In this document: piece by piece, positions 1-9,140 of the stretch | Layout: each line of letters begins with the position of its first letter | How positions within the stretch are numbered: position 1 is the stretch's first letter | Virus record (IMG/VR): IMGVR_UViG_3300037264_003342 | DNA length: 64,000 bases | Origin: an uncultured virus (IMG/VR IMGVR_UViG_3300037264_003342) | Lineage: Duplodnaviria; Heunggongvirae; Uroviricota; Caudoviricetes | Reading direction: 5' to 3' (one strand) | Notes under the pieces: model-generated | Seen by the model: the letters and a program-made list of their open reading frames with translations, nothing else | The model's database searches: none | What the model was told of the DNA's origin: nothing | Program-made: the position numbers and the translations under genes

Positions 1-236
1 TCTTTGAAGGCTTTCTCTTTCAGCTTATTCGCCTCGGAAGCTCCGAGACGCACGAGTTCCTTCTTGCTCGTGGGCAGGCCCGTCTCTTTGCGGATGGTTT
101 CGCGAAGCTGCGCCTTGCCTGCCTCTACTCCGGCCTTGACGCGCTCCTGCACCATCCCCTTGCCGTACTGGACTCCAGTACGGAGGAGGTCCGAGGGGGA
201 AGCCTCGAACCCGCACGGGCAGGCTTCGAGAGCCAT
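1..236 (-). CDS. Hypothetical protein, truncated at the window edge (MALEACPCGFEASPSDLLRTG...)
   Basis: ATG at 236 immediately follows the stop at 238-240; the frame is open to position 1. Translated by hand, not in the ORF track. Confidence 0.7.
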   Translation of the reverse strand, partial: MALEACPCGFEASPSDLLRTGVQYGKGMVQERVKAGVEAGKAQLRETIRKETGLPTSKKELVRLGASEANKLKEKAFK

Positions 237-237
237 T

Positions 238-1569
238 TCAGCCCTGGCGGATCGCAGTCGGAAGAGCGATGCCGGCTCGGCGAGCCGCGAGCTGCGCAGG
301 AGATCCACCGCGCAGGATGTTCTGCCGAAGTGAGCGCATCCCGACGAGCTTGCGGCCGATCACCTCGGCCTTGGCGCGGTTGCCCGAACGGAGCGCCAGG
401 ATGCCGGCCTTCTTCATCGCTTGGAGCTTCGCTTGCGCACAGAGCTTGCAGAACGTCGCTGCCTGGTTGCCGTAGAGCTTCGTCTTGAACGCCTTGTCGG
501 AGACGGCGTCCGAAGGGTCCGTCTGACCGAGCCCGGCCAAGCCGGCGTTCGAGGGCGTGAGCGGCAGAGCCGGATCCCACGACGATCCCCCCGAGTAGTC
601 CGCGCCCGCACTCGGGCTGATGACCCCGCGCTGCGAGTAGTAGCCGGGGATCTTGTCGTAGTAGCTCACGAGGTCTGCGTTGGCCAAACCGAGCCCAGCG
701 AGGCCGGCGTTCGAGGGCGTGAGCGGAATGGCAGAATCCCACGACGAGCCGCCCCCGTAGTTCGCGCCCGCGCTCGGGCTGATGACTTGGCCGGCGTCGT
801 AGTAGTTCCTGAGATCGGCGTCGGCCAGAGCGAGGCCCGCGTTCGAGGGCGTGAGCGGCAGCGCGGGATCCCACGAGGAGCCGCCCCCGTAGTTTGCACC
901 CGCGCTCGGGCTGATGACCTGCCCCGCGTTGTAGTAGCCGGGGATGCCGGCAAGAGCTTCACCACGATCGGCTTTCATCTTGATCTCCTCCAGAACCTCC
1001 AAGAGAACCTTGGGTTTCGTGATGAAAACCATCTTCCCACGCGCGAAGGGAACGAACGTGCGGTTCGTCTCCATCAACGCTTCGGGCATGGACGTCGGTT
1101 TGCCGTACCGCTTCATCGCCCAGGTCGCAACAGCTCTTGCACTGCCCGCTCCCCAAACTCCGTCGGGGGTGAGCTGCACGCCCGCAGCTCGCAAGAGACG
1201 TTGGAGTTGAAGCGTTTCGGCCGGCGCTCCGATCTTCCCCAGCACATCGAGATCTGCCTGAGCAAGGCCTGCGTTCGACGGCGTGAGTGGCAGAGCCGGA
1301 TCCCACGACGAGCCGCCCGAGTAGTCCGCGCCCGCGCTCGGGCTGATGACTTGGCCGGCGTCGTAGTAGCTCACGAGGTCTGCGCTGGCCAAGCCGAGCC
1401 CAGCGAGGCCGGCGTTCGAGGGCGTGAGCGGAATGGCAGAATCCCACGAGGAGCCGCCCCCGTAGTTCCCGCCTGCACTCGGGCTGATGACCTGACCGGC
1501 GTCGTAGTAGCCGGGGACGTCCGCAAGGCCGTCGAGCACCGCAATTTCTTCGCCGAGTCCTCTACTCAT
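238..1569 (-). CDS. Repeat-containing putative virion protein (5 x 35-aa repeat plus a PG-binding-like segment)
   Basis: Start reassigned to MSRGLGEE (ATG at 1569 overlapping the upstream TGA, with a GAGGAG RBS). Contains YYDAGQVISPSAG..SSWD..PLTPSNAGL repeats and LQRLL..PDGVWGAGSARAV. Confidence 0.8.
   Translation of the reverse strand: MSRGLGEEIAVLDGLADVPGYYDAGQVISPSAGGNYGGGSSWDSAIPLTPSNAGLAGLGLASADLVSYYDAGQVISPSAGADYSGGSSWDPALPLTPSNAGLAQADLDVLGKIGAPAETLQLQRLLRAAGVQLTPDGVWGAGSARAVATWAMKRYGKPTSMPEALMETNRTFVPFARGKMVFITKPKVLLEVLEEIKMKADRGEALAGIPGYYNAGQVISPSAGANYGGGSSWDPALPLTPSNAGLALADADLRNYYDAGQVISPSAGANYGGGSSWDSAIPLTPSNAGLAGLGLANADLVSYYDKIPGYYSQRGVISPSAGADYSGGSSWDPALPLTPSNAGLAGLGQTDPSDAVSDKAFKTKLYGNQAATFCKLCAQAKLQAMKKAGILALRSGNRAKAEVIGRKLVGMRSLRQNILRGGSPAQLAARRAGIALPTAIRQG
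538..1509 (-). repeat. Five copies of a 105-bp (35-aa) coding repeat: 1405-1509, 1264-1368, 832-936, 700-804, 538-642
   Basis: Near-identical units (ctcgggctgatgac ... gagggcgtgagcgg ... tcccacga) visible in both DNA and protein. Confidence 0.95.
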
Positions 1570-4500
1570 AGGTTCTCCTCCGAAAGCCTCGGCCTCGGGC
1601 TCGTACCCTTGCGGCTCAAGAATAGCGCCACAGCCCCTACAACCACAACCCCCACGACGAGGAGTCCCCATCCCCCAGGAGCTACCGGGGAGATCTGCCC
1701 CGCCTCCTCGACCGTGAGCTTCCCGTCGGCCACGAGATTGTCGATGTTCTTCTTGATGTCCCTGTACGCCACGGTGTCTGCGTTGAGGGCCTCGCCCACG
1801 CCTTTGACGCCGATGTACGTCACGACGGCTGCCTTCAAGGTCGGGTTCGACAGAAGCTCGATGAGCTTGGGCCACGCCGCCGCCCCGAGGCGAGCCGCAA
1901 CGCTCGCAGCCTGCGCCCACTGTTCGAGGCCCTGCATCGGGGCCGCCGTGAGCGGAGTCTTCAGCACTTCCAAGATCTCGGTTGATGTGCTCGCCAGCTC
2001 CGCGAGCCATGCTTCGAGCGACGACACCGCGCCCGAAGTCGGCTTTCCGAGAGCGTCGATGGCCGAGATGGCCTGCGGACTCTTTTCAAGCACTTCGGCC
2101 GTCCGCTGCTTCACGCGCTCTGCCGCCCCAACCCACGAGTCAAGGAGCTGCACCACCTCGGGCAGAAGATGCCAACCCTTGGCTTCGCGCTCCTCGACCG
2201 CTTTCACGTAGCGGTTGCCGTCCTGGTAGACCGAAGCGAGCGCAGCAATCATCTCGTCCCAGAGCTTCTCGGGAGAGAGCACGACCGGCGGCGGCGTCGG
2301 CTCTCCGTTCGTCGGCAACTCCCCGTTCGTGATCTTTCCGTTCGTCGGCGGAGGTCTTTCGCCGTTCGTGACAACCTTCCCGTTCGTAATGACCTTTCCA
2401 TTCGTCGGAGGCGGCTTCTCTCCGTTCGTCGGCGTCGGGCCTCCGCGCGCTTTCCACGCCGCCTCACCTTGCGCAACGAGCGCCGCATCGGTTGACGGCA
2501 GACGGAGAGAGCGCATGTCTGCGCTCACGAGCTTCTGGAGTGCGATGCGCCAGACTCTCTGCACGGCCGGCGTTGCGCTCGACTTGAAAGCGAACATGAA
2601 CGCTTCCTGGGTTGACGGATCCCAGGAGCCGCTGAGCATGACCGGCGGAATGCCCGCATTCCCGATGCGAGCCATCGTGAGCATCCGCTGAAGAGAAAGC
2701 ACCGCGACCGTCTCGGTTGAAGCCTGGACGACAGCCTCGACCGCCTGGCGCTCCTTGTCGTCCTTCGGCGTCGGGGCCGGAGTGAGCTTCGCGGCCTCGC
2801 GAAGAGCCCCGACGATGGCCTTCGGGAGCTGAACCATGCTCGTCCCTTTGGACTTCGAGACGACGACGATCTTGACCGTCTTGCCACCCGGCTGCTTGTT
2901 GAGCCACCCACGCAATGCCGTCTCGGTGTTCGATCCCCAGGTGCCGTCGGCCTTGAGGCGGCTCTTGGCGAGGATGTTCAGGCCCTGCTGGACGGTCAGA
3001 ACCAAGATCTGCTCGACCTCGGCCGTGGGCGTCACCGGACCCGGCTTCCCGGCCTCGGCCTTGAGCTTGTCGTAGGTCGCTCTCACGACGGTCGCTGACT
3101 TGTCGTTCACCTTGGCCGTGATGCCGGGATTGAGCCCGCGAGCGCTCGCGATGCGTTCCCAGGCCTTCTGCGTTGCCGATCCGAAACGCCCATCCGTCAG
3201 CGCTTTCGTCTTCGGTTCACCGAGGCGCAGAACGATGCCCTGCATCTCTGCGACAGGCACGACCACAGAACCCTCGGGCACTCCCGGCTTCGGCTTCTTG
3301 GCTGCCTCCGCCTCGGCGTCCTTCGTGAGACGCACGATCGTATCCGACACTGCCGAAATCAGCATCTCGTCGTACTTCGAGATCTTCGGATCCAAACCTC
3401 GAGTTTTGGATGACACTTGCCAAGCGTTGGCGAGCGCGGGCGTGAACTTGTCCGACTTCGGAAGCTTCTTCGTCGTCCAGCCGAGCTTGTAGAGAATGTC
3501 GTAGGCCGTGACGGTGGGAAGGGTGATGATGACCCTCGACTCGACCTTGGGCTCTTCCTTCTTCGGCTCTTCCTTCTGCGGTTCGACCTTCGGCTCTTTC
3601 GCCCTCATCGTCTCTTCGAGGAGCGCGACGTAGCTCCGAGCGTTCAAGCGAGCGGTCTTGCCATCGACGCGCTCGAACAACTGGTCGAGGCCACGCTTCT
3701 TCGTAGACGACTCCCACGCGCCTTTGGTCTTCGGGCCGTAGAGGCCGAAATCCTTCGCGCCTGGACGCGGGATGGTGGTCGACTTCCACCCGAGCTTGAT
3801 CAACACCTTCTGCACGTCCTCGACTGACTTGTTGATCACGTCGGATGCTGGAGCGGGCGTCGGAGTAGGCGTCGGTGTCGGAGCGGGCGTCGGAGCGGCT
3901 CCAGCGTCTGCTGCGATCTTGTTGTACGTCGCCTCGTTCACCCGTGCGTGAGTGCCATCCACGCGCTCGAAGAGCTGCGGAAGGTTTCGGAGCTTGGCCG
4001 AGACGCCCCATGCGCCCTTCGTCTGCGGGCCGTACTTCCCGTCGCGCGTGAGCTTCTTTGCAGTCCAGCCGACTCCGTAGAGAAGTCCCTGCAGCTCGTC
4101 CACGGTCTTCACGACCGTGCCGGCCACCACCTTCTCGGTCGGTGGAGTGCCTGGCGTGACCACTTTCGCTCGCGCTTCCTTCTCCATCACGGCGAGCGTG
4201 TTCGAGTCGACAAGCACGACGCTCGGCTGCGTCGAGGGTTGAAGCACCGTCGCAAGCTGACGCGACTTGGCCGAGATGGCCCACGACTGGGCGAGGTTCT
4301 TCGTGTAGGTCTTCGCCTTCGTGAGCTTCTTCGTCGTCCAGCCGAGGGCGTAGAGGATGTCGAAGGCGTTCGAGACTGACGTGCCGGCGAGAGTCGACGC
4401 TGGAGGCGGAAGCGGCGCGGGGCCCGCAGGAGCGGCCACAGGAGCGGCCGGCGCGAGCACCACGGCGACGCCTCCCGAGAGCACCGAGAGCGTCTGGGGA

Positions 4501-4775
4501 TCGACGTAGGCCTCGGTCGAGCTTGCCCGCTGGAAGGTTGGGTTGAGCTGTCGGGTCGTCGCCGACTGGCCCCAGGCTCCGGCCGTCTTCGGGCCGAAGA
4601 GGCCGAAATCCTTCGCCCCCGGTCGCGGAACGGTCGTCTCGCGCCAGCCAAGCTTGATCAGGATGCGCTGCAGCTCCCCGACCGAGCGCTTCACGAGGCC
4701 GCTCTGGATGGGCTGCTCGAAGGCCTCGAAGTCGGCCTGCGCAAACTCGGACAGGTATTCCGAGAGAGGATCCAT
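1566..4775 (-). CDS. 1069-aa membrane-anchored protein with about 8 peptidoglycan-binding-like repeats
   Basis: Recurrent V.(E/D)LQ..L..LGW....(D)G.(F/Y/W)G..T..AW units, Pro/Thr linkers, and a C-terminal hydrophobic helix followed by a basic tail. Confidence 0.75.
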   Translation of the reverse strand: MDPLSEYLSEFAQADFEAFEQPIQSGLVKRSVGELQRILIKLGWRETTVPRPGAKDFGLFGPKTAGAWGQSATTRQLNPTFQRASSTEAYVDPQTLSVLSGGVAVVLAPAAPVAAPAGPAPLPPPASTLAGTSVSNAFDILYALGWTTKKLTKAKTYTKNLAQSWAISAKSRQLATVLQPSTQPSVVLVDSNTLAVMEKEARAKVVTPGTPPTEKVVAGTVVKTVDELQGLLYGVGWTAKKLTRDGKYGPQTKGAWGVSAKLRNLPQLFERVDGTHARVNEATYNKIAADAGAAPTPAPTPTPTPTPAPASDVINKSVEDVQKVLIKLGWKSTTIPRPGAKDFGLYGPKTKGAWESSTKKRGLDQLFERVDGKTARLNARSYVALLEETMRAKEPKVEPQKEEPKKEEPKVESRVIITLPTVTAYDILYKLGWTTKKLPKSDKFTPALANAWQVSSKTRGLDPKISKYDEMLISAVSDTIVRLTKDAEAEAAKKPKPGVPEGSVVVPVAEMQGIVLRLGEPKTKALTDGRFGSATQKAWERIASARGLNPGITAKVNDKSATVVRATYDKLKAEAGKPGPVTPTAEVEQILVLTVQQGLNILAKSRLKADGTWGSNTETALRGWLNKQPGGKTVKIVVVSKSKGTSMVQLPKAIVGALREAAKLTPAPTPKDDKERQAVEAVVQASTETVAVLSLQRMLTMARIGNAGIPPVMLSGSWDPSTQEAFMFAFKSSATPAVQRVWRIALQKLVSADMRSLRLPSTDAALVAQGEAAWKARGGPTPTNGEKPPPTNGKVITNGKVVTNGERPPPTNGKITNGELPTNGEPTPPPVVLSPEKLWDEMIAALASVYQDGNRYVKAVEEREAKGWHLLPEVVQLLDSWVGAAERVKQRTAEVLEKSPQAISAIDALGKPTSGAVSSLEAWLAELASTSTEILEVLKTPLTAAPMQGLEQWAQAASVAARLGAAAWPKLIELLSNPTLKAAVVTYIGVKGVGEALNADTVAYRDIKKNIDNLVADGKLTVEEAGQISPVAPGGWGLLVVGVVVVGAVALFLSRKGTSPRPRLSEENL
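2301..2433 (-). repeat. Seven TNG-centred short repeats (ccgttcgt) in a Pro-rich linker
   Basis: TNGEKPPPTNGKVITNGKVVTNGERPPPTNGKITNGELPTNGE. Confidence 0.85.
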
Positions 4776-5185
4776 CAGAACACCACCGAGGAGATGACTA
4801 CCGGCACAGGAGCGGCAAGCGGCCCTCCAGCGGCGTCGCTCACGGCCTGGGCGTAGAGGTCGTCATCGGGTAGGAGTACGCCCTGGTAGCGCTGGGTCGA
4901 CGAGAGAAGGATCTGAAAGGCGCTCTCGCCCGCGTTCTCGCTCGACGAGAACGAGATGAACGCTCCTGCCCCTGGCAGAGCCAGGATGCTCGACGTCGGG
5001 AGCCACACCTCGAAGTAGTTCACCTCAACCCCCTTGGGTTGGGTGAGCATCTGAATCGTCTGCTGGAGCGGGATGCGCTTGACCGTGCGTCGGCCGTGCG
5101 CGATGCGACGAGGCCCTACGAGCGCTGCAAGGAGCGCGCGGAGGCTGAGATTGCCGGTGCCGGGATCTTCGTTGAACTCGAACAC
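4775..5185 (-). CDS. Small beta-rich putative structural protein
   Basis: Coupled to both neighbours, downstream of the putative capsid genes, with alternating hydrophobic pattern. Confidence 0.55.
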   Translation of the reverse strand: MFEFNEDPGTGNLSLRALLAALVGPRRIAHGRRTVKRIPLQQTIQMLTQPKGVEVNYFEVWLPTSSILALPGAGAFISFSSSENAGESAFQILLSSTQRYQGVLLPDDDLYAQAVSDAAGGPLAAPVPVVISSVVF

Positions 5186-5189
5186 ATTT

Positions 5190-5798
5190 TCATCGCAATG
5201 GCGTGCAGGCGACGTAGTCCCCGAGGAGCTGGACTCCGAACTCCTTCGACGTGCCGACGAGAGCAGGCCAACGCGTGGTGTCGACCGACCACACGACCGA
5301 GAGGTCGGTGCCAGGGACCGTGATGTAGACCCCGTCCCAGGTCGCGATGTCGGACTTGCCGGCCCCGTCGAGGATCGACTGCAGGTTCACCGGCCGCTTG
5401 AAGATCTCGAAGTTCCGGCCCTCTTCCCGCACCTGGACGCCGACGAGGTAGGCGGCGGCTCCGACGAGGTCGGGATCCATCGCGAAGCCGACGATGCGCC
5501 GGAGCGCGAAGTTGTAGCGCGAGATGAGCGATACCTTGTCCGACTCGAAGACGATCTGGCCCGCCGGATCGATCTGGACCCGGAACTGCAGATCTTCGAT
5601 CCGCATGTCCTCGGGAGCGATGGCTCCGCTCGCGAGGTCCGAGTAGTACTGGACGAGCGCCCCCGGAGGAACCGGCATGGCACCGGGAGGCTCCGGCATG
5701 TCTGCCTGCGGCACCCTTGGCGGATACCCCATCTGCGGCGCACCAGCCGGCGCGATGCCCGGCGTTCTCTGGTAGCGCGACAAATTCGGCGATGCCAT
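5190..5798 (-). CDS. Putative second single jelly-roll capsid protein
   Basis: 202 aa with a Pro-rich N-arm then beta-strand pattern (YNFALRRIVG..VGVQVRE..VYITVPGTDLSVVW..VQLLG); GGAGG RBS. Fold is inferred. Confidence 0.5.
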   Translation of the reverse strand: MASPNLSRYQRTPGIAPAGAPQMGYPPRVPQADMPEPPGAMPVPPGALVQYYSDLASGAIAPEDMRIEDLQFRVQIDPAGQIVFESDKVSLISRYNFALRRIVGFAMDPDLVGAAAYLVGVQVREEGRNFEIFKRPVNLQSILDGAGKSDIATWDGVYITVPGTDLSVVWSVDTTRWPALVGTSKEFGVQLLGDYVACTPLR

Positions 5799-5817
5799 GG
5801 ATCCTCCAGACTCGGAA

Positions 5818-5867
5818 CGCCGCCCCGACGAGGGCTAGGGGGGACTTAACCCAGCGTCGGGGAGGCG
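5818..5867 (-). terminator. Intergenic stem-loop between the two putative capsid genes
   Basis: ccccgacg (5823-5830) pairs with cgtcgggg (5855-5862). No U-tract, so more likely a stabiliser or attenuator than an intrinsic terminator. Confidence 0.45.
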
Positions 5868-5875
5868 GAAGCCGA

Positions 5876-6523
5876 CTACTTCGTGACGGCCGCCCGGATG
5901 AGGCCGTGCAGCAGGTTCATCACCGGCAACGGCTGTTCGAGCACCGGGTTGGTGTACGGAACCGGCGGCTGCAACTGCGAGAGCCAGTTCCTCGGATCGA
6001 AGCGCAGGAGGCCTTCGAGTTCGTGGTTCTGGTTCAGCATCTGTCGCTTGATGAGCTTCGCGGCCGATGCCGTCGCAGGCACGCCGATCGAGATGATGCC
6101 CGCGTCGGTTTCGGTCGTCTGGCCGTAGAAGCCGTACCCGCTCGGATAGGCGATGGCTGGCCCTTCCGTCTGCAAGAGGTCGTTGATCTTCATGCGGTAG
6201 TAGGCGTTGTCGAGCGCCTTCTTCACGTCGCGCGGCACCTCGACGACGTTGCCGAGGACCGATCGCGGGTAGAGGCCGATCCGATCGAGGATCATGCTCT
6301 CGCCCGACGACAGCTTGCGCGGCGTCTTGATGTTGGTGTCGACCTCGCGCTTCGCCTGGATGTCGGCGAAGAAGATGAACTGCGAGCCGGGGACGATCTC
6401 GCCTTCGGGGATGATGATCGTGTCCCACTTGTCGCCTTCGCGGAAGTCGCGCACGTTCAGAATTTGGCCCGTCTCGGGATCCTTGAAGAGTCCCGGTTGA
6501 CCGTCGATCGGATTCATCGCCAT
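5876..6523 (-). CDS. Putative major capsid protein (single jelly-roll-like)
   Basis: 215 aa, strong AGGAGG RBS, strongly GC3-biased codons, FIFF..K...DTN....L..G...ILDRIG motif and C-terminal LHG strand. Lies between a membrane protein and other beta-rich genes. Confidence 0.6.
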   Translation of the reverse strand: MAMNPIDGQPGLFKDPETGQILNVRDFREGDKWDTIIIPEGEIVPGSQFIFFADIQAKREVDTNIKTPRKLSSGESMILDRIGLYPRSVLGNVVEVPRDVKKALDNAYYRMKINDLLQTEGPAIAYPSGYGFYGQTTETDAGIISIGVPATASAAKLIKRQMLNQNHELEGLLRFDPRNWLSQLQPPVPYTNPVLEQPLPVMNLLHGLIRAAVTK

Positions 6524-6575
6524 GGCTGTCGTCCTCCTGCTTTCCTAGCAATCTTGAAGTTGAAGTCCTGCGCCC

Positions 6576-7196
6576 CTACGACATGTAGGGGTTGTACCCG
6601 CCGAGCGTCTCACCCGCGACGACTGCCGCGTCGAGACTCATCAGTTGCTCCGGGTTCACGACGGTGCCTTCGAGGCTACCGAACGCTCCGCGCGAGGCGT
6701 AGACGTTGGTCGTCTCCAACGCTGCGAGTGCCGAGCCGCCGTCCGAGCCGTAGGCTGCGAGCAGCGCCTGGTCGTGCGCGGAGAGGGTGTCCTCTTCGGG
6801 CGTCTCGGCGAACGACCCGAGCGGGTACATCTTCGCCGTGCCGTGGCCGAGCAGGTTCTGGTCCTTGAAGAAGGAGTCGGCGAGCTGCGCGAGGCCGAGC
6901 CCCGAGACGCCTCCCACGACGGCCATCGCGGCGTCGCGGTTGTAGTCCCAGAGGAGCCGGCCGCCGAGCATCCCACCGAGGACGCCGAGGAGAGCGCTCA
7001 CGCGGTGGCGCATGGGCTCGTCGAGCTTTTCGAGCATCTTGCTCTTCGAGAACATCGGGAGCACCCAGCTCGCGAGCAAGATCGCCGCGCCGCTCGAACC
7101 CGCCGCAATCAGTTGATCCTGAAACATCTTCGGCGAGTAGTACGCTTCCATGCCCTCGTCGTACATGTCGAGTCCCATCAGATCGTCGTACGCCAT
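6576..7196 (-). CDS. Putative virion membrane protein
   Basis: Three Gly/Ala-rich hydrophobic segments, GGAGG RBS, directly upstream of the putative capsid gene. Confidence 0.65.
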   Translation of the reverse strand: MAYDDLMGLDMYDEGMEAYYSPKMFQDQLIAAGSSGAAILLASWVLPMFSKSKMLEKLDEPMRHRVSALLGVLGGMLGGRLLWDYNRDAAMAVVGGVSGLGLAQLADSFFKDQNLLGHGTAKMYPLGSFAETPEEDTLSAHDQALLAAYGSDGGSALAALETTNVYASRGAFGSLEGTVVNPEQLMSLDAAVVAGETLGGYNPYMS

Positions 7197-7272
7197 CTTT
7201 GCCTCCCTGCGACCAGGCTCTGGTGCAGCTTGTTGAGGTGAAGCTAACGCACGAAGAACTAGCGCGTCAACA

Positions 7273-7959
7273 TCAAACGGAGAAAACGCGCGAGTCGGCG
7301 ATCATGCTAACTGGAGGTTCCCAACCGAACGGCATCGGAACACTCGCGTCGAACGAGATCCACTTTCGCGGGCTCCGACGTGGAAGACCAATCTGCGCGT
7401 AGATGTGGTTCCAGCTCGGAGCGCCCTTCGTTTTGATGACCTTGAAGCGACACGGAAGACCAAGCGAGCCGGCGAGAGCACACGCGAGCGTGCTGTAGTC
7501 GTCGCAGTCGGCCGTGTGCAGAGCTAGCGTATGTCCAGGCTTTTGGTAGCTGTCGATGCCGGCGATGTCGCTCGTGTAGCGGACGTTCTGCCGGACGGCC
7601 TGGAAGAGAGCCTTGGCCTCGGCCAAGTTGTCTTTTTCCGGCACGCACCACATGTCGCCGCACTTCGCGTTCACAGCTCGACGAGCAAACTCGTAGACGG
7701 CCGGGTCTTTTTTTCCGGCATGCGCGAGCTTTCGGAGGTGGGCAATCCGCTCGTCGAGGTTCCTGATGTTGTAGGTCCGAAGGCGAATTGGGCCCGACGG
7801 GGTCTGCACGAAAACGTCGTTGGAGCGTCGAGAAGCAGGGGCCCAGGGCCTCGGGGGGTTCTTCGAGGGGATTGTCTTGAGCTGCCGAATTCCCCCTGAG
7901 ATCTGCCTGACTCCGAGCGCAATGCCGGCGAGCCCGAGAGCAATCTTGAGCGCCGACAT
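7273..7959 (-). CDS. Transglutaminase-like cysteine enzyme with N-terminal hydrophobic anchor
   Basis: ADCDDYS, WNHIY and WISFDAS give a Cys-His-Asp triad; VRYTSD motif. Confidence 0.85.
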   Translation of the reverse strand: MSALKIALGLAGIALGVRQISGGIRQLKTIPSKNPPRPWAPASRRSNDVFVQTPSGPIRLRTYNIRNLDERIAHLRKLAHAGKKDPAVYEFARRAVNAKCGDMWCVPEKDNLAEAKALFQAVRQNVRYTSDIAGIDSYQKPGHTLALHTADCDDYSTLACALAGSLGLPCRFKVIKTKGAPSWNHIYAQIGLPRRSPRKWISFDASVPMPFGWEPPVSMIADSRVFSV

Positions 7960-8001
7960 CGTAGGAGAAGCCTACAGCTTCACGCTAAGCTCTGTCTAGC
8001 C

Positions 8002-8715
8002 GTGATCACCTTCTCCGACGGTTTCGAGGAGGCCCCGCGAGCACGCCAAGAGCTGGTGGCGCGCGTCGAACCCCTCGTCAGGAAGTACATGGGCATTCTC
8101 GATGCCCAGACGCAGCCCGTCATCGTCGTGAAGGACAACATCGGATCGAGGTGGCTCGGTCGAACAGTCTGGTCGTTCGCAACTCCGAAGATGACGAGGA
8201 TCGAACTACAACGCCGAGTTTTCGACGATGACAAGACGCTGGAGCGCGTGCTTGCGCACGAGATGATCCACCACAGCGACTTCACGTCGCTCACCGATCA
8301 ACAGATCGCTCTCATGCGAATGCGACTCTTCTCTTCGCCTGGGCACGGGCGTTCGTTCACAGCCAAAGCCGAACAGATCAACGAGATCATGGGCGAGGAC
8401 TACGTCACTGAAACGTCGGACCAGACGTACACCCTGGCGACGGAAACGTCGAAGATGTTCTATCTCGTAGTTGCTCCCACTCCTATGCGAGAAGGGTACT
8501 ACGGGTACGCCTGGGCTGTTCGGTTGACCCCCGACATAGGAGCCTGTGCTCAACATTTCGTGGCGAGACGAGATGGAGTGCTCGTGGCCTCGCGCGATCC
8601 GCGTTGGACCCGTGGTGCGAAGCTCGGAAAGACTTGCAGAGGACTCAGCATCCCCTTGGACGCAGAAGACCAAGCAGAACTCGCTCGCCTGTACCAGACG
8701 AGGAGCAGCGTATGA
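8002..8715 (+). CDS. SprT-like zinc metalloprotease
   Basis: LAHEMIH followed by GHGRSF. Confidence 0.8.
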   Translation: MITFSDGFEEAPRARQELVARVEPLVRKYMGILDAQTQPVIVVKDNIGSRWLGRTVWSFATPKMTRIELQRRVFDDDKTLERVLAHEMIHHSDFTSLTDQQIALMRMRLFSSPGHGRSFTAKAEQINEIMGEDYVTETSDQTYTLATETSKMFYLVVAPTPMREGYYGYAWAVRLTPDIGACAQHFVARRDGVLVASRDPRWTRGAKLGKTCRGLSIPLDAEDQAELARLYQTRSSV

Positions 8716-9140
8716 AACGTGTCGCCGTACTGCTCCTGTTCGCGTTCTTCTGCGTGCCTGCGCAAGCTCGCCCGAGCGGCTGGCCCGTCGAAGTCACGCG
8801 CGTCATCGACGGCGACTCGTGGGTGCTCGACATCGAGCTAGGCCTCGACGTGCATGTGCGACGCACCGGCCGAGCGCTTTGTATCGATACGCCCGAGGTG
8901 TACGGAGCAACCCGAGAGGCTGGCTTGAAGGCCCGCGCCTTCGCAGTTCAGTGGATCGGCGAGCATTGCCCGTGCATCGCCGAGCCTGGTCCCGATCCTC
9001 AAGACAAGTACGGCCGTGTGCTCATCGTGTTGCACGATGCAGACACAGACGCCCAGCTCAACCGCGCGCTCCTCGACGCGGGGCACGCGGTCCCGTACCT
9101 CTGCCCCAACAACGTCTACCTGTTCGGCGCGAGTCCGTGA
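8712..9140 (+). CDS. Thermonuclease (SNase-like) with signal peptide
   Basis: VTRVIDGDS, IDTPE, DKYGRVL, LNRALLDAGHA; start reassigned to MKRVAVLLL. Confidence 0.85.
   Translation: MKRVAVLLLFAFFCVPAQARPSGWPVEVTRVIDGDSWVLDIELGLDVHVRRTGRALCIDTPEVYGATREAGLKARAFAVQWIGEHCPCIAEPGPDPQDKYGRVLIVLHDADTDAQLNRALLDAGHAVPYLCPNNVYLFGASP

Noticed and set aside
538..1509. 105-bp repeats as a CRISPR array or a RiPP precursor cluster
   Set aside because: The repeats are in-frame coding, too long for CRISPR repeats and lack unique equal-length spacers. No RiPP maturase or transporter is adjacent and the context is a virion module. Peptide release is kept only as a hypothesis.
421..2211. Long plus-strand ORF (596 aa) and similar antisense ORFs such as 21586-22983, 35993-37114 and 59029-60165
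   Set aside because: Shadow frames of GC-rich genes on the opposite strand, with no motifs or RBS.
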